This document shows positions 21,642-31,872 of a stretch of 64,000 nucleotides of DNA, piece by piece; position 1 is the first letter of the stretch; the number at the start of each line of letters is the position of its first letter. A program made the position numbers and the translations under genes. Source of the stretch: Thermoproteota archaeon (GTDB lineage: Archaea; Thermoproteota; Thermoprotei_A; Sulfolobales; Ignisphaeraceae); assembly GCA_030550585.1 (NCBI GenBank), contig JAUQPB010000002.1, positions 288,001 to 352,000 of the forward strand, given 5' to 3'. The notes under the pieces were generated by a model. That model was not told where the DNA came from and made no database searches. It saw only the letters and a program-made list of their open reading frames with translations.

Positions 21642-21690
21642 ATGATGAAACGGCTGTAAGCGGAATTGTGAAGAACCGTGTTTAAACTGA
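21642..21690 (+). ncRNA. C/D-box methylation guide sRNA
   Basis: Box C ATGATGA (21642-48), 12 nt, D' CGGA, ATT, C' GTGAAGA, 12 nt, box D CTGA (21687-90); intergenic. Confidence 0.85.
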
Positions 21691-21782
21691 TTACAAAATG
21701 AATCCATCGCTTATGATGTTCGAGAGGCTCTTTGTTATTGGAAAAATGTTTTTTGTTGAAAAAAGAGTTTAAAAATTTTGTT

Positions 21783-23909
21783 TTACTTTCTTTTTATGAG
21801 CCATCCGATTGCGAATCCTATTATGAGTAGTGCTATTGCTAGTGCTGCTGTTATTGTCCAGTTTGTTACCTCTACTGTTGATGTTGATACTGATACCGAT
21901 GTTGTTGTGACTGTAGCCACTGATGTGACTGTGGCAGTAGCAGTAACTGTGTATGGAATTGTGACTGTTACTGCTTGTGTTGGAGCTGTTGGCGAAGTTG
22001 TTGGTGAAGTTGCTGAAGTTGTTGTTTGCGTTGCGACAGCTTGTAGATCTGCAAAGAACTTTGCAACTGGTATTCTGTTCTGCGGCTTTAGGAATGCTGG
22101 CACGGTGTCTATGTCTGGTGATGTGACTTGTGATGCTGGTTTTAGCTCATATAGTACGAATAGGAATCCTGGATCCCATGTTGTTGCATAGAATGAACCG
22201 TACTTAGCTATTCTATCTGTGTTTGGCCAGCCAACCCAGTAGTCCTCTGAATACTCGTACCAGTGTGGGTCTTGTCCTAGGATAAGGAATGGCAGGTCTC
22301 TAAGCCATATCTCCTGCAACTGTCTAAACAGCTGAACCCTCTTAGCATCATCAAATGTTCTACCAATCTCATCGAGTATGGCGTTTACCTGTGAATTGTT
22401 GTAGCCAGATATTGGCCCTGTCCATGGCTGTCTAGGCAGTCTAGAGTCCATGGCAACATCGAAGTTCACCCATGGTGATGCAGGGCCGAGTCTTGTGCTA
22501 TGCATCCACCAAGCAGAGTCGAAGTCTCCCTGCACAATCTTGTTCCATAGTGCTGAGAAGTCAAGTGTTTGGACATTTGCATCAACACCTAGTGTGTTTC
22601 TCCAGTATTGTGCAATCATTTGTGCAGAGGCTATTACTGGAACCCAGCCTGTTACAGCATATATTGTGAATGAGAAGGGCTGTCCGTTGGGGAGCTCTCT
22701 AATGCCATCACCGTTTATGTCTTTGATTCCAGCCTCGTCAAGAAGCTTCTTGGCGTTGTCTAATGTAGCATTAGCCATGAAGGCATCCACAAGATCCTTG
22801 GCTAGGTAGTGCTCAGTTCTCTCTATACCAGGTATTATAGGTACTGGATAGAGTTTTGGTGGTAGAAGATAGCCTGAGTAAGCGTTTAGCGAAATTTGTT
22901 TTAAGGCCTCCATGTTGTTTGCAAGCAGTGCATAATACAGTGCTTTTCTAACCCTCACATCATTAAACGGATACTTGTTCAGGTTGAATGCAAAGAACAC
23001 TACGCTACCTCCGAAGAAGCATGGTGGACAGTTGTGATTGTCGAAGGTACCTCTCTTTGGATTTTGCTGGATTATCTCCCAGAGCCTGTCGACAAAGTGT
23101 GACATCTGATCTCTTTCACCGTTGATCCAAGCAAGCCTCACTTGCTCATCGCTTTGAGGTGTGATGTGCATGACGAACTTTGGTGCTGGGTATCCAAAGT
23201 ATTTCTCGCCCCACCATTTGATGCCTAGCAGGTCAACTCTTATGAAGGTCCATGAATTTGCTGTGTAGTAGTATAGTTTGTATGGTCCTCCTCCAACTAT
23301 TTGACTTGGGTCGTCATCTTTGAAGTCTGTGGCGATTTTACAGCCCATCTGGCTGTATAGTTGCTCCCATCTGTGCTTGGGCAAGACGAACACTGTTAGA
23401 ATATCTGTTATTCTGAAGTAGTTAACATTGTTTGGATTTAGCTTGAACCTGACTGTGGTGCTGTCAACAACATCGACACTTGATAGGTAGTTCCATATAT
23501 AGCTAAATGAAGTGCTACAAAGCTTATTCACATCAAAACTCCATTTAACATCGTCAGCTGTTATGGGCTGGCCATCCCACCAATAAGCATCTGGCTTAAT
23601 CTTTATCTCTAGTGTTAGGGGGTCTACCCACCTCCAGCTATCTGCAAGGTAAGGCACGAAATCGTCGCTATATGGGCCATAGACGAAGAGGGCTGGGTAC
23701 ATAAGATAGTTTGATCCTGCTGCATAATTTGGTATCAGAATGTTGAAACCACTTGGTGTTCCCCACTGCGTAGAGATTATAACTGTGTCTTGTCTTGGTG
23801 GTGCCTGCTGGGCCTGTCCATATATCATAATTGTCGAGGCTATTATAACCAATGTAACTAGTACCGCTAATGCTATATGTAACTTATTTGGCTTTTTGAC
23901 TATGTTCAA
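21783..23909 (-). CDS. ABC transporter family-5 substrate-binding protein (oligosaccharide or peptide) with Thr-rich linker and C-terminal anchor
   Basis: PYLADSW, WWDGQPITADDVKWS and DINGDGIRE motifs; Thr-rich linker, TM helix, KRK. Confidence 0.92.
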   Translation of the reverse strand: MNIVKKPNKLHIALAVLVTLVIIASTIMIYGQAQQAPPRQDTVIISTQWGTPSGFNILIPNYAAGSNYLMYPALFVYGPYSDDFVPYLADSWRWVDPLTLEIKIKPDAYWWDGQPITADDVKWSFDVNKLCSTSFSYIWNYLSSVDVVDSTTVRFKLNPNNVNYFRITDILTVFVLPKHRWEQLYSQMGCKIATDFKDDDPSQIVGGGPYKLYYYTANSWTFIRVDLLGIKWWGEKYFGYPAPKFVMHITPQSDEQVRLAWINGERDQMSHFVDRLWEIIQQNPKRGTFDNHNCPPCFFGGSVVFFAFNLNKYPFNDVRVRKALYYALLANNMEALKQISLNAYSGYLLPPKLYPVPIIPGIERTEHYLAKDLVDAFMANATLDNAKKLLDEAGIKDINGDGIRELPNGQPFSFTIYAVTGWVPVIASAQMIAQYWRNTLGVDANVQTLDFSALWNKIVQGDFDSAWWMHSTRLGPASPWVNFDVAMDSRLPRQPWTGPISGYNNSQVNAILDEIGRTFDDAKRVQLFRQLQEIWLRDLPFLILGQDPHWYEYSEDYWVGWPNTDRIAKYGSFYATTWDPGFLFVLYELKPASQVTSPDIDTVPAFLKPQNRIPVAKFFADLQAVATQTTTSATSPTTSPTAPTQAVTVTIPYTVTATATVTSVATVTTTSVSVSTSTVEVTNWTITAALAIALLIIGFAIGWLIKRK

Positions 23910-24010
23910 AACTCACACCTACTAAAACTCTATATACTGCTATGTGAGAGTTTAAAAATTTTAGTTATACATTCGATGCTAAACAGAACATAGAATAAAA
24001 CATAGTTTGG

Positions 24011-24814
24011 TTATTTAAACCATGAGGTGTACAGCTTTGGTATAGAGTCTAGCAGATTACGTGTGTATTCATGCTTGGGGTTGTTCACAATTTCGTCGGG
24101 TGTTCCCTCCTCAATTATTTTACCTCTGTACATAACCATTATCCTGTCAGATATGTAGTATGCCAATCCCATGTCGTGGGTTATGAACATTATTGTTGTT
24201 CCAATTTCTTCTCTCAGCTTTGAAAACAGTCTTAGTATTCCAAGCCTCAGTGTAGCGTCTATCATGCTTGTTGGCTCATCTGCTATAACAAGCATTGGCC
24301 TTATCAAGAATATTCTTGCTATCATAACCCTCTGTCTCATACCCCCAGACAACTCAAATGGCCTTCTATTCAAAACTTCATCCGGTATTAGACCAACCAT
24401 TTGAAGTGCTTCTCTTACAAGCCTCTCTTTGGTGTCTCGATCTAGCTTCTCATTAAACAAATTGAATGCTCTATACATAAAGTCTCTGATCCTATGTGTT
24501 GGATTAAATGATGAGAAAGGATCTTGGAAAACCCCATTGACGTTCCTCCAGTACCATCTCAAATCAGAGCCTCCCCTCAGATCTCTCCAAATATCCCTAC
24601 CCATAAACTTTATGACCCCACTTGTAGGCTTGATTAACCTTAGAATCATTCTAGCCGTTGTTGTTTTTCCAGACCCTGATTCGCCTACCAGAGAGATTAT
24701 CTCTCCTTTTTTCACGCTAAAAGATACTTTGTCAACAGCTACTATCTGTCTTTTCCTTATATATCCAATCTCATATATTTTTGCCAGGTTTTTTACTTCT
24801 AGAATTGTGCTCAT
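24011..24814 (-). CDS. Opp/Dpp-family ABC ATPase (OppF-like)
   Basis: GESGSGKT, ELSGGMRQR, ADEPTS and P.HEYT motifs. Confidence 0.93.
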   Translation of the reverse strand: MSTILEVKNLAKIYEIGYIRKRQIVAVDKVSFSVKKGEIISLVGESGSGKTTTARMILRLIKPTSGVIKFMGRDIWRDLRGGSDLRWYWRNVNGVFQDPFSSFNPTHRIRDFMYRAFNLFNEKLDRDTKERLVREALQMVGLIPDEVLNRRPFELSGGMRQRVMIARIFLIRPMLVIADEPTSMIDATLRLGILRLFSKLREEIGTTIMFITHDMGLAYYISDRIMVMYRGKIIEEGTPDEIVNNPKHEYTRNLLDSIPKLYTSWFK

Positions 24815-24825
24815 GTGGTCTCACC

Positions 24826-25851
24826 TCACTTTTTTGCATAGAGCCAGCATGCAACAAAACGCCCCTTCTCAACCTCTATCATAGGCGGCTCCTCCCTTCT
24901 ACAAACATCCATTGCATATGGGCATCTAGGGTGGAACCTACAGCCAGGTGGAGGATTGATAAGACTTGGTGGTTCGCCTGCAATTCCACCTGTCTGTTCA
25001 ACTCTTTTTCTAACCTCTGGCTCTGGAGTTAGAATTGAGAACATTAGGGCCTTGGAATATGGGTGGAATGGGTTGTGTATAAGATCTTCTGTTGGCCCAT
25101 CCTCAACTATTTTACCAGCATACATAACAACTATTCTTGTAGCTATTTGCCTTACAGTTGCAATATCATGTGTTATAAACATGATGCTCTTTGTCAAACC
25201 CATTTTGAAGACATTGTATAGTGTTGTTAGAACCATTTTCTGTGTTGACACATCTAGTGCTGATGTTGGCTCATCTGCTATTAGAAGAGATGGGTTTAGA
25301 AGTGTTGCTAGGGCGATCAACACCCTCTGTCTCATACCGCCTGATAGCTCGAAGGGATACATGTCTAAAGCTATTGGAGGAAGACCTATTTCCTCAAATC
25401 TTTTTCTAGCCATGTCCACTATTTTCTCTCTTGGCAAGCCAGTCTTCTCCTTTACAACATCTGCAATATAGTCTTTCACTCTTGTAACCGGTATAATCGC
25501 GTTCATTGCCGACTGTGGTATGAGAGATATTTTTGTTCCTGCAATCCTCTTTCTAGCCTCTGATATGGGAATACTGGTTACATCCTCCCCATCAATAATT
25601 ATCTTCCCTCCGACAAGCTTTAGCGGAGGGATAAAGTCTAGTGCAAGAACTCTTGAAAGTGTTGATTTGCCACAACCACTTTCTCCAACAACACCAACGA
25701 TCTCCCTTTCACCAATTTTGAGATTAACTCCGTCAACAGCTTTGACAGAGCCTCTCCTAAGCATATAGTATGCTCTCAGATCAATTGTTTCAACTACGTA
25801 TCCCATTGTTCTCACCTCATGCTGTTCCAAGTTTTGGTGAGAAGTACTCAT
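24826..25851 (-). CDS. Opp/Dpp-family ABC ATPase (OppD-like); true start probably the internal ATG near 25806
   Basis: GESGCGKS, LSGGMRQR and PPPGCRFHPRCP motifs. Confidence 0.93.
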   Translation of the reverse strand: MSTSHQNLEQHEVRTMGYVVETIDLRAYYMLRRGSVKAVDGVNLKIGEREIVGVVGESGCGKSTLSRVLALDFIPPLKLVGGKIIIDGEDVTSIPISEARKRIAGTKISLIPQSAMNAIIPVTRVKDYIADVVKEKTGLPREKIVDMARKRFEEIGLPPIALDMYPFELSGGMRQRVLIALATLLNPSLLIADEPTSALDVSTQKMVLTTLYNVFKMGLTKSIMFITHDIATVRQIATRIVVMYAGKIVEDGPTEDLIHNPFHPYSKALMFSILTPEPEVRKRVEQTGGIAGEPPSLINPPPGCRFHPRCPYAMDVCRREEPPMIEVEKGRFVACWLYAKK

Positions 25852-26659
25852 CTAGTGATATTGCAACTAGATATAGTGAAAGGTATATTAATATCATGAC
25901 TAGTGTAGGTGGAACAACTGTCCACCAAATACCTTGTGTAATGTTCGCATATAATTGTGCTATGTAGAGTATGAGCCCAAGTGTAATGTCCTTTGTCATG
26001 CCAACACCGACAATGGTCAAACCAACTTCAGCTGTTATAGCTGATGTGAATAGCATTGCAAACGATGCTAATATATATGGCGATATTATTGGTACAATAT
26101 CCCTCAATATTATGCTGACTCTAGATGCACCAGACAGTATAGCCATCTTAATGAACTCTGACTGCAGTATGCTCATAGTTCTTGATCTGAACCCCCTTGC
26201 CCACCCACCCCAGGAAGTTATGCCGATGACAAATCCCACGAGCCATATATTTCTAGCTCCTGGACTTAGATAGGCTGCTAAGACCATCATAAGGAGTAGA
26301 GATGGTATAATAATGAAAACTTCTGAGATCACCATAATCACCTTATCGACTAAACCACCAAATACAGCAGCTATGGTTCCTAGAAACAGTGATAGACCTA
26401 GCGCAATCCCAGCTGCGACAGCACCAACAAGTAGGGAGCCTCTTATGCCATATAGGAGTTGTGCTAGAACATCCCTGCCCAGGGCGTCTATCCCAAGGGG
26501 ATGGCTAGGCGATGGCGGAGTGTACCTAGGCCCAACAATATCTGTTGGAGAGACTCTGTATATTAGAGGGCCCACCAAACCAAGGGCTACAATAGTCAAG
26601 AATATTGCCAGTCCTGCAACAAACTTTGGTATTCTGAACAAGTCTGTTAGTATGCTCAT
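25817..26659 (-). CDS. Opp-family permease (OppC-like)
   Basis: PPSPSHPLG.D.LGRD and WWTVVPP motifs; EAA-loop region. Confidence 0.92.
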   Translation of the reverse strand: MSILTDLFRIPKFVAGLAIFLTIVALGLVGPLIYRVSPTDIVGPRYTPPSPSHPLGIDALGRDVLAQLLYGIRGSLLVGAVAAGIALGLSLFLGTIAAVFGGLVDKVIMVISEVFIIIPSLLLMMVLAAYLSPGARNIWLVGFVIGITSWGGWARGFRSRTMSILQSEFIKMAILSGASRVSIILRDIVPIISPYILASFAMLFTSAITAEVGLTIVGVGMTKDITLGLILYIAQLYANITQGIWWTVVPPTLVMILIYLSLYLVAISLDEYFSPKLGTA

Positions 26660-26661
26660 CC

Positions 26662-27687
26662 CTACTCACCTGCATATGCATATCTAACCCTAGGGTCTAC
26701 TACAGCAAATATTATCTCTGATATGAAGTTGGCTAAGAGAATAGTCCCAATTAATATAACGAAGTATCCTTGGATAAGCATATAGTCCTGTGCTTGTATC
26801 GCTGACCAGAGGGCAGTGCCTATACCTGGATAGGCAAATATAATCTCAGTTATTATAGAGCCTGCAACACTCCATCCAAGTACTATGGCAAGACCAACAA
26901 TCTGTGGCAAAGCAGATAGCCTGAATAGGTAGCTCTGCGTTTTTCTCGGGGAAATTCCTATTACCCTGGCATAGTCCATGTAATCCATTGAAAGCTCTTG
27001 TATAGCTATATTCCTCATACTGAGCCCCCAGCCGCCAAGCGATGTTAGGAATATTGAAAGGAATGGAAGTATGTAGTGGTGGAGGTAGTCAACTATGAAA
27101 CTCCATGAGAGCGATGGTATCGCAGTTGGTGAATAAGCTCCACTTGCTGGAAACCATTTTGTGGCAACTGCTAGCAGGACAAGGTACATACCGAAAACAT
27201 ATGCTGGTGTACCCTGCAAAGCTGCAAGCAGGGGTAGCAACACCTTGTCAACAGCCTTTCCCCTATTCATAGCGGCTATAACGCCAACGTAATTGCCTAC
27301 AATCCATGAAGCTATTATTGCTGGGACAAGCAGTGCAAGTGTCCATGGTAGATACATTGCCACAATCTCATTGACAGTTCGTGGGAAGTATGTTATCGAT
27401 TTTCCAAGATCTCCGTGAAGCAGGTTGATAAGGAAGTCGAAGTACTGTTCATATAATGGTCTATCCAGCTTGAAGTAGTCCATAAGCATCTTCTCCACAG
27501 ATTTGATCATCTCCGGATTTGATGCAGATTGTTGCAGTATCTGATATACCTTTACAGCGAGAGGGTTTCCAGGTATTATCCTAGGTAACAGGAACATTAT
27601 TGTTGATGCAACGAAAAAGGATAGCACCATGATACCCAGTCTCTTCAGTATAAATACTATAAAAGGATTTATTTTTGGCAAGATCAC
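26662..27687 (-). CDS. Opp-family permease (OppB-like)
   Basis: PGNP, LDRPLYEQY, GDLGKS, EIIFAYPGIG and DPRVR motifs. Confidence 0.92.
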   Translation of the reverse strand: MILPKINPFIVFILKRLGIMVLSFFVASTIMFLLPRIIPGNPLAVKVYQILQQSASNPEMIKSVEKMLMDYFKLDRPLYEQYFDFLINLLHGDLGKSITYFPRTVNEIVAMYLPWTLALLVPAIIASWIVGNYVGVIAAMNRGKAVDKVLLPLLAALQGTPAYVFGMYLVLLAVATKWFPASGAYSPTAIPSLSWSFIVDYLHHYILPFLSIFLTSLGGWGLSMRNIAIQELSMDYMDYARVIGISPRKTQSYLFRLSALPQIVGLAIVLGWSVAGSIITEIIFAYPGIGTALWSAIQAQDYMLIQGYFVILIGTILLANFISEIIFAVVDPRVRYAYAGE

Positions 27688-27917
27688 ACCTTATATTGTT
27701 TTTACACACATTATGGACTAGTATTATGGTGTAGTGTAAGCTTTTTAAGCCTTTATTAGAGTATAGTAGTCTATTGGAAGTGTATTTTAGTCTGATTCAC
27801 AAACTCAGAAAGTAGATGGGGATTTCATAACCTTATTAGCTGTAGTTGAACTATAAAACATGAATGGCATGGGGCTAAGCAAAATTTAATGACGGTTTCG
27901 CATAGGGATTGTTAGGC

Positions 27918-30245
27918 ATGGTTGTTAAGGCTCTTCGCATTAGAATTGTTGGTGTTGTTCAAGGTGTTGGCTTCAGACCTTTTGTTTATAGGCTTGCTAC
28001 TAGGCTTGGCTTGAGGGGCTATGTTGTTAATCTGGGTGGTAGTGAGGTCGAGGTTTTTGTTGAAGGTGATGAAAGTGTTTTGAGGGTTTTTCTTGATAGG
28101 CTCTACTCTGAGAAGCCTCCTAATGCTAGGATTGAGAAGGTTTTTGTTGATTGGGCTGAGCCAGCGGGCTTCAAAGAGTTTTTGATTAGGGAGAGTGGGT
28201 CTGTGCAGGTTCTGAGGAGTATTATACCCCCCGACATCGGTATTTGCAGTGATTGTGTCAAGGAGATTCTGGACCCTAGCACAAGGTTCTATAGATACTA
28301 TTGGAATAGCTGTGTTAACTGTGGCCCAAGGTTCTCTATGATGTTTAGAACCCCGTATGACAGGGAAAACACTTCTATGGCTGTCTTCAAACTTTGTTCT
28401 GCTTGTGAAGCTGATTATAGGGATCCCAACAATGTTAGGAGATTCCATGCACAAGGTATTAGCTGCCCTGTTTGCGGTCCAAAGACATTTGTTTTTGATT
28501 CTAGTGGTAGGAAAATAGATGTCGAAGATGTTGTCAAGTTTGTTGCTGAGAAGATTTTGGAGGGGGCTATAGTTGCTATCAAGGGTGTTGGAGGCTACCA
28601 CATAGCCTGTCTAGCATCTGATGACAGTGTTGTTTTGGAGCTTAGAAAGAGGAAGAGGAGACCCACACAGCCATTTGCTGTTATGGCAAGGGACTACAGC
28701 GTTGTCGAGGAGATTGCAGTGCCTTTCAATGGGGCTAGAGAGCTTTTGGAATCTCCACAGAGACCAATAGTTATATTGCCTAAGAGGAGAGGCTCCAAAC
28801 TATCTGAGTATGTTGCACCTGGCTTGTCAACAGTTGGTGTTATGCTTCCATACACAGGATTCCAGGCGCTCCTCCTGAGGGAGATCCCAGAGGGCTTCTT
28901 AATAATGACTAGTGGTAATGTTCATGGAGAGTCCATGTGTACAAACATCAGATGTGTTTTTGAGAAACTTGGGAAGGTTGTTGACTATGTTGTTGAGCAT
29001 GAGAGGGAGATTGTTCACAGAGTTGACGATAGCGTCATAAGATTTGCTGATGGGGAGCCAGTTTTCCTTAGAAGGGCTAGGGGCTATGCGCCAGAGTGGA
29101 TAGAGGTTCCATTTGACTTGGTCGAGTCTATCGCTGTTGGAGCAGAGCTTCAAACAGCTGGTGCAGTGGCGTTTGAGAACAAGGTTGTTTTGACGCAGTT
29201 TATAGGGGATGTCGATGAGCCTGCTCAGCTAGATGATCTTAGGAGAGAGCTTATGTGGTTTGCAAAAATCTATGGGCTGAAGCCATCAATTGTTGTTGCT
29301 GATATGCATCCTCTGTACCATAATAAGAGGCTTGCCATAGAGCTTGCAAAAGATTTTGAAGCTGAGTACACAGAGGTTCAGCACCACCACGCACATATAG
29401 CAGCTGCTATGGCAGAGCACGGCATTGAAGATGGAAAAGTTGTTGGGATAGCAATTGATGGAACAGGCTATGGCGTCGACGGTGGTATATGGGGTGGGGA
29501 AGTGATGATAGCAAACTACACAGACTTTGTCAGAACAGGCAGTCTACAGCCATTTGTCTTGCCGGGTGGGGACACAGCAGCTCTCTACCCAGTAAAGTCA
29601 TTGATATCACTTCTGGCATTGGCTGGCTATAGCGAAGAGGAGGCTCTGAAGATTTTAGAGAAGAGAGACTTGATAAACTCGTTACCATACGGAAAAAAAG
29701 AGGCTGAGATAACGTATATACTTGCAAGAAGTGGTCGAGGACCCATTGTGACAAGCATGGGTAGAACACTAGACGCATTCTCAGCACTTCTAAGAGCGTG
29801 CACCATTAGAACATATGAGGGTGAGCCACCGATGAAGCTAGAGGCTATGGCTGACAACGGTGCATATCTAGACTATGAGCCAAGGATAAAAATGTTTGAT
29901 GGCAGGCTAGTAGTAGATGTTGTCGACCTTCTCAACTGGGTTTTGAGCAACGAGAATAAGAGGGAGAGCGACTTGGCAGCAACAATCCTAAGGTCTCTTG
30001 GAATAGCACTGGGGATGATAGCGCTGAGGAGTTTGAAGGGGCTGAGAAACACTATAAACACAGTTTTTTTGAGCGGCGGCTCAGCTGTAAACACACATAT
30101 TGTGAGGGGTGTTAAAGAGGCTTTGATGAGTGAGGGGATAAGCGTCAAGCTACCTAGGAAAGCTCCCCCAGGCGATGGGGGGATCGCGCTTGGCCAAATA
30201 GTTATAGCCTCTAAGAGGGTTTTGAATGGCGGAGGAAAGCACTAG
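27918..30245 (+). CDS. hypF: [NiFe]-hydrogenase maturation carbamoyltransferase
   Basis: GVVQGVGFRPF acylphosphatase motif, two CxxC pairs, KGVGGYH, QHHHAH, DGTGYG and GDGGIALGQ. Confidence 0.96.
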   Translation: MVVKALRIRIVGVVQGVGFRPFVYRLATRLGLRGYVVNLGGSEVEVFVEGDESVLRVFLDRLYSEKPPNARIEKVFVDWAEPAGFKEFLIRESGSVQVLRSIIPPDIGICSDCVKEILDPSTRFYRYYWNSCVNCGPRFSMMFRTPYDRENTSMAVFKLCSACEADYRDPNNVRRFHAQGISCPVCGPKTFVFDSSGRKIDVEDVVKFVAEKILEGAIVAIKGVGGYHIACLASDDSVVLELRKRKRRPTQPFAVMARDYSVVEEIAVPFNGARELLESPQRPIVILPKRRGSKLSEYVAPGLSTVGVMLPYTGFQALLLREIPEGFLIMTSGNVHGESMCTNIRCVFEKLGKVVDYVVEHEREIVHRVDDSVIRFADGEPVFLRRARGYAPEWIEVPFDLVESIAVGAELQTAGAVAFENKVVLTQFIGDVDEPAQLDDLRRELMWFAKIYGLKPSIVVADMHPLYHNKRLAIELAKDFEAEYTEVQHHHAHIAAAMAEHGIEDGKVVGIAIDGTGYGVDGGIWGGEVMIANYTDFVRTGSLQPFVLPGGDTAALYPVKSLISLLALAGYSEEEALKILEKRDLINSLPYGKKEAEITYILARSGRGPIVTSMGRTLDAFSALLRACTIRTYEGEPPMKLEAMADNGAYLDYEPRIKMFDGRLVVDVVDLLNWVLSNENKRESDLAATILRSLGIALGMIALRSLKGLRNTINTVFLSGGSAVNTHIVRGVKEALMSEGISVKLPRKAPPGDGGIALGQIVIASKRVLNGGGKH

Positions 30246-31452
30246 ATACTTCCTGGGTATAGCCGATAAGATTGAGAAGGCATTTAGAGAGAATAGAGAG
30301 CTTGTAAAAGCCATACTCAAAAAGATTGGCGAGTACTCCAAGAGCTTAGAGAGTCTCTATGGAAAGGACTTCAAGTTTAAGATAATGAACTTTTGTGGAA
30401 CACATGAATGGACTGTTACACACTTTGGGATTAGAAGCCTTGTGCCCAAGAACATAGAGCTTGTTGCCGGCCCCGGATGCCCAGTATGCGTAACACCGTC
30501 GCACTTCATAGAAGAGGCTATTAAACTTGCATTAGATGGCATAACTGTTTACACATATGGAGACACCTACAGGCTTAGAACATTGAATAGTGTTAGAGGG
30601 TATAGATCTCTGAGCGAGGTCAGGGGAGAGGGCAGCGTAAAGCTTGTTACAAGTCTTGTTGATGCCATTAAAGATGCTAGGAACAGTAACAGGGAGTCGG
30701 TGTTTATAGGGATAGGCTTTGAAACTGTTGCACCTGGGTATGCATCAGCAGTCTTAAAGGGATTGGTGCCAGAAAACCTCAAGATAATGAGTCTTGTCAA
30801 GCTGACGCCGCCAGCAATGTTCTACTCCCTAGAGATACTAAGGGAAAAGCCAACAGAGCCGCCTGTAATGGGCGTTATTGCACCTGGGCATGTATCGACA
30901 GTTACAGGGGCTAAGGCTTGGTCTGTTGTATCTGAGAACTATGGTATACCAGTTGTTGTATCAGGTTTTGAGCCTATCGATGTTCTGTTATCGATTTTAG
31001 AGATACTGAAGCAGCTTGTGAAGGGGGAGGCAAAGACTGTTATAGAATACAAAAGAGCTGTTACATGGCATGGGGATCTAAGGGCCCAGAGGATAGTAGC
31101 TAAAGCCTTCAGGGTTGTTGACGATGCTTGGAGAGGGATAGGGTTCCTGCCAAAGAGTGGGCTTAGATTGAGGGACGAGTATAGAAAATACGATGCGTTT
31201 GAGGGGCTTGGAGTAAAAGAGATTAAGCCAGGTGAATGGGGATACGACCTACCACCTGGATGTAGATGCGCGGAGGTGACACTTGGGAAGGCAAAGCCAA
31301 CGGACTGCCCACTATTCATGAAGGTGTGTACACCGGACAAGCCCTATGGACCATGCATGGTCTCTTTAGAAGGGGCGTGCGCTATATGGGCCAGGTTTGG
31401 AAGTGGGGGTTTGGCGGACGAGATAGCAAAAGAGCTTTCCTTAACAATCTAA
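30226..31452 (+). CDS. hypD: Hydrogenase maturation protein HypD
   Basis: CGTHE, GPGCPVC, GFET, PGHVS and GPCMVS.EGAC motifs. Confidence 0.96.
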   Translation: MAEESTRYFLGIADKIEKAFRENRELVKAILKKIGEYSKSLESLYGKDFKFKIMNFCGTHEWTVTHFGIRSLVPKNIELVAGPGCPVCVTPSHFIEEAIKLALDGITVYTYGDTYRLRTLNSVRGYRSLSEVRGEGSVKLVTSLVDAIKDARNSNRESVFIGIGFETVAPGYASAVLKGLVPENLKIMSLVKLTPPAMFYSLEILREKPTEPPVMGVIAPGHVSTVTGAKAWSVVSENYGIPVVVSGFEPIDVLLSILEILKQLVKGEAKTVIEYKRAVTWHGDLRAQRIVAKAFRVVDDAWRGIGFLPKSGLRLRDEYRKYDAFEGLGVKEIKPGEWGYDLPPGCRCAEVTLGKAKPTDCPLFMKVCTPDKPYGPCMVSLEGACAIWARFGSGGLADEIAKELSLTI

Positions 31453-31566
31453 GCTTGGGCTAATGTCTGTTTCTATATCCGATGTTTTTGCAAGGAATCA
31501 CGTTAGTAAAATTTATTTACTTTGATCGCATCATAGATTGGATAAACAGTGTGTGGTTTGGCAAAA

Positions 31567-31872
31567 ATGTGTTGGGGTTCTCCAGCCGTCGTTGTCGATG
31601 TTGATTTGAGTAGTATGATTGCCAAGGTTGACTACGGTGATGGTATTGTCAGAGATGCTTTGATTGGTATAGCCGGTGAGAGGGTTTCTAGAGGAGATAT
31701 CGTAGTTGTTCACGCAGGTGTCATCATATCAAGGCTTTCTGACGAGGGTGTTTTAGAGCATATAAAGTTTCTTGATGAGGTTCTAGGCGAAGACGCTAAA
31801 GAGGCTGTGAAGGCTTATGAGACTTTGCTCGAACTTGCAAAGTCTCTGAGAGGCGGATCTGAAAATGGATAG
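31567..31872 (+). CDS. hypC: Hydrogenase maturation chaperone HypC
   Basis: MCWGSPA N-terminus; the conserved Cys2 places the start at 31567; GD.VVVHAG motif. Confidence 0.92.
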   Translation: MCWGSPAVVVDVDLSSMIAKVDYGDGIVRDALIGIAGERVSRGDIVVVHAGVIISRLSDEGVLEHIKFLDEVLGEDAKEAVKAYETLLELAKSLRGGSENG

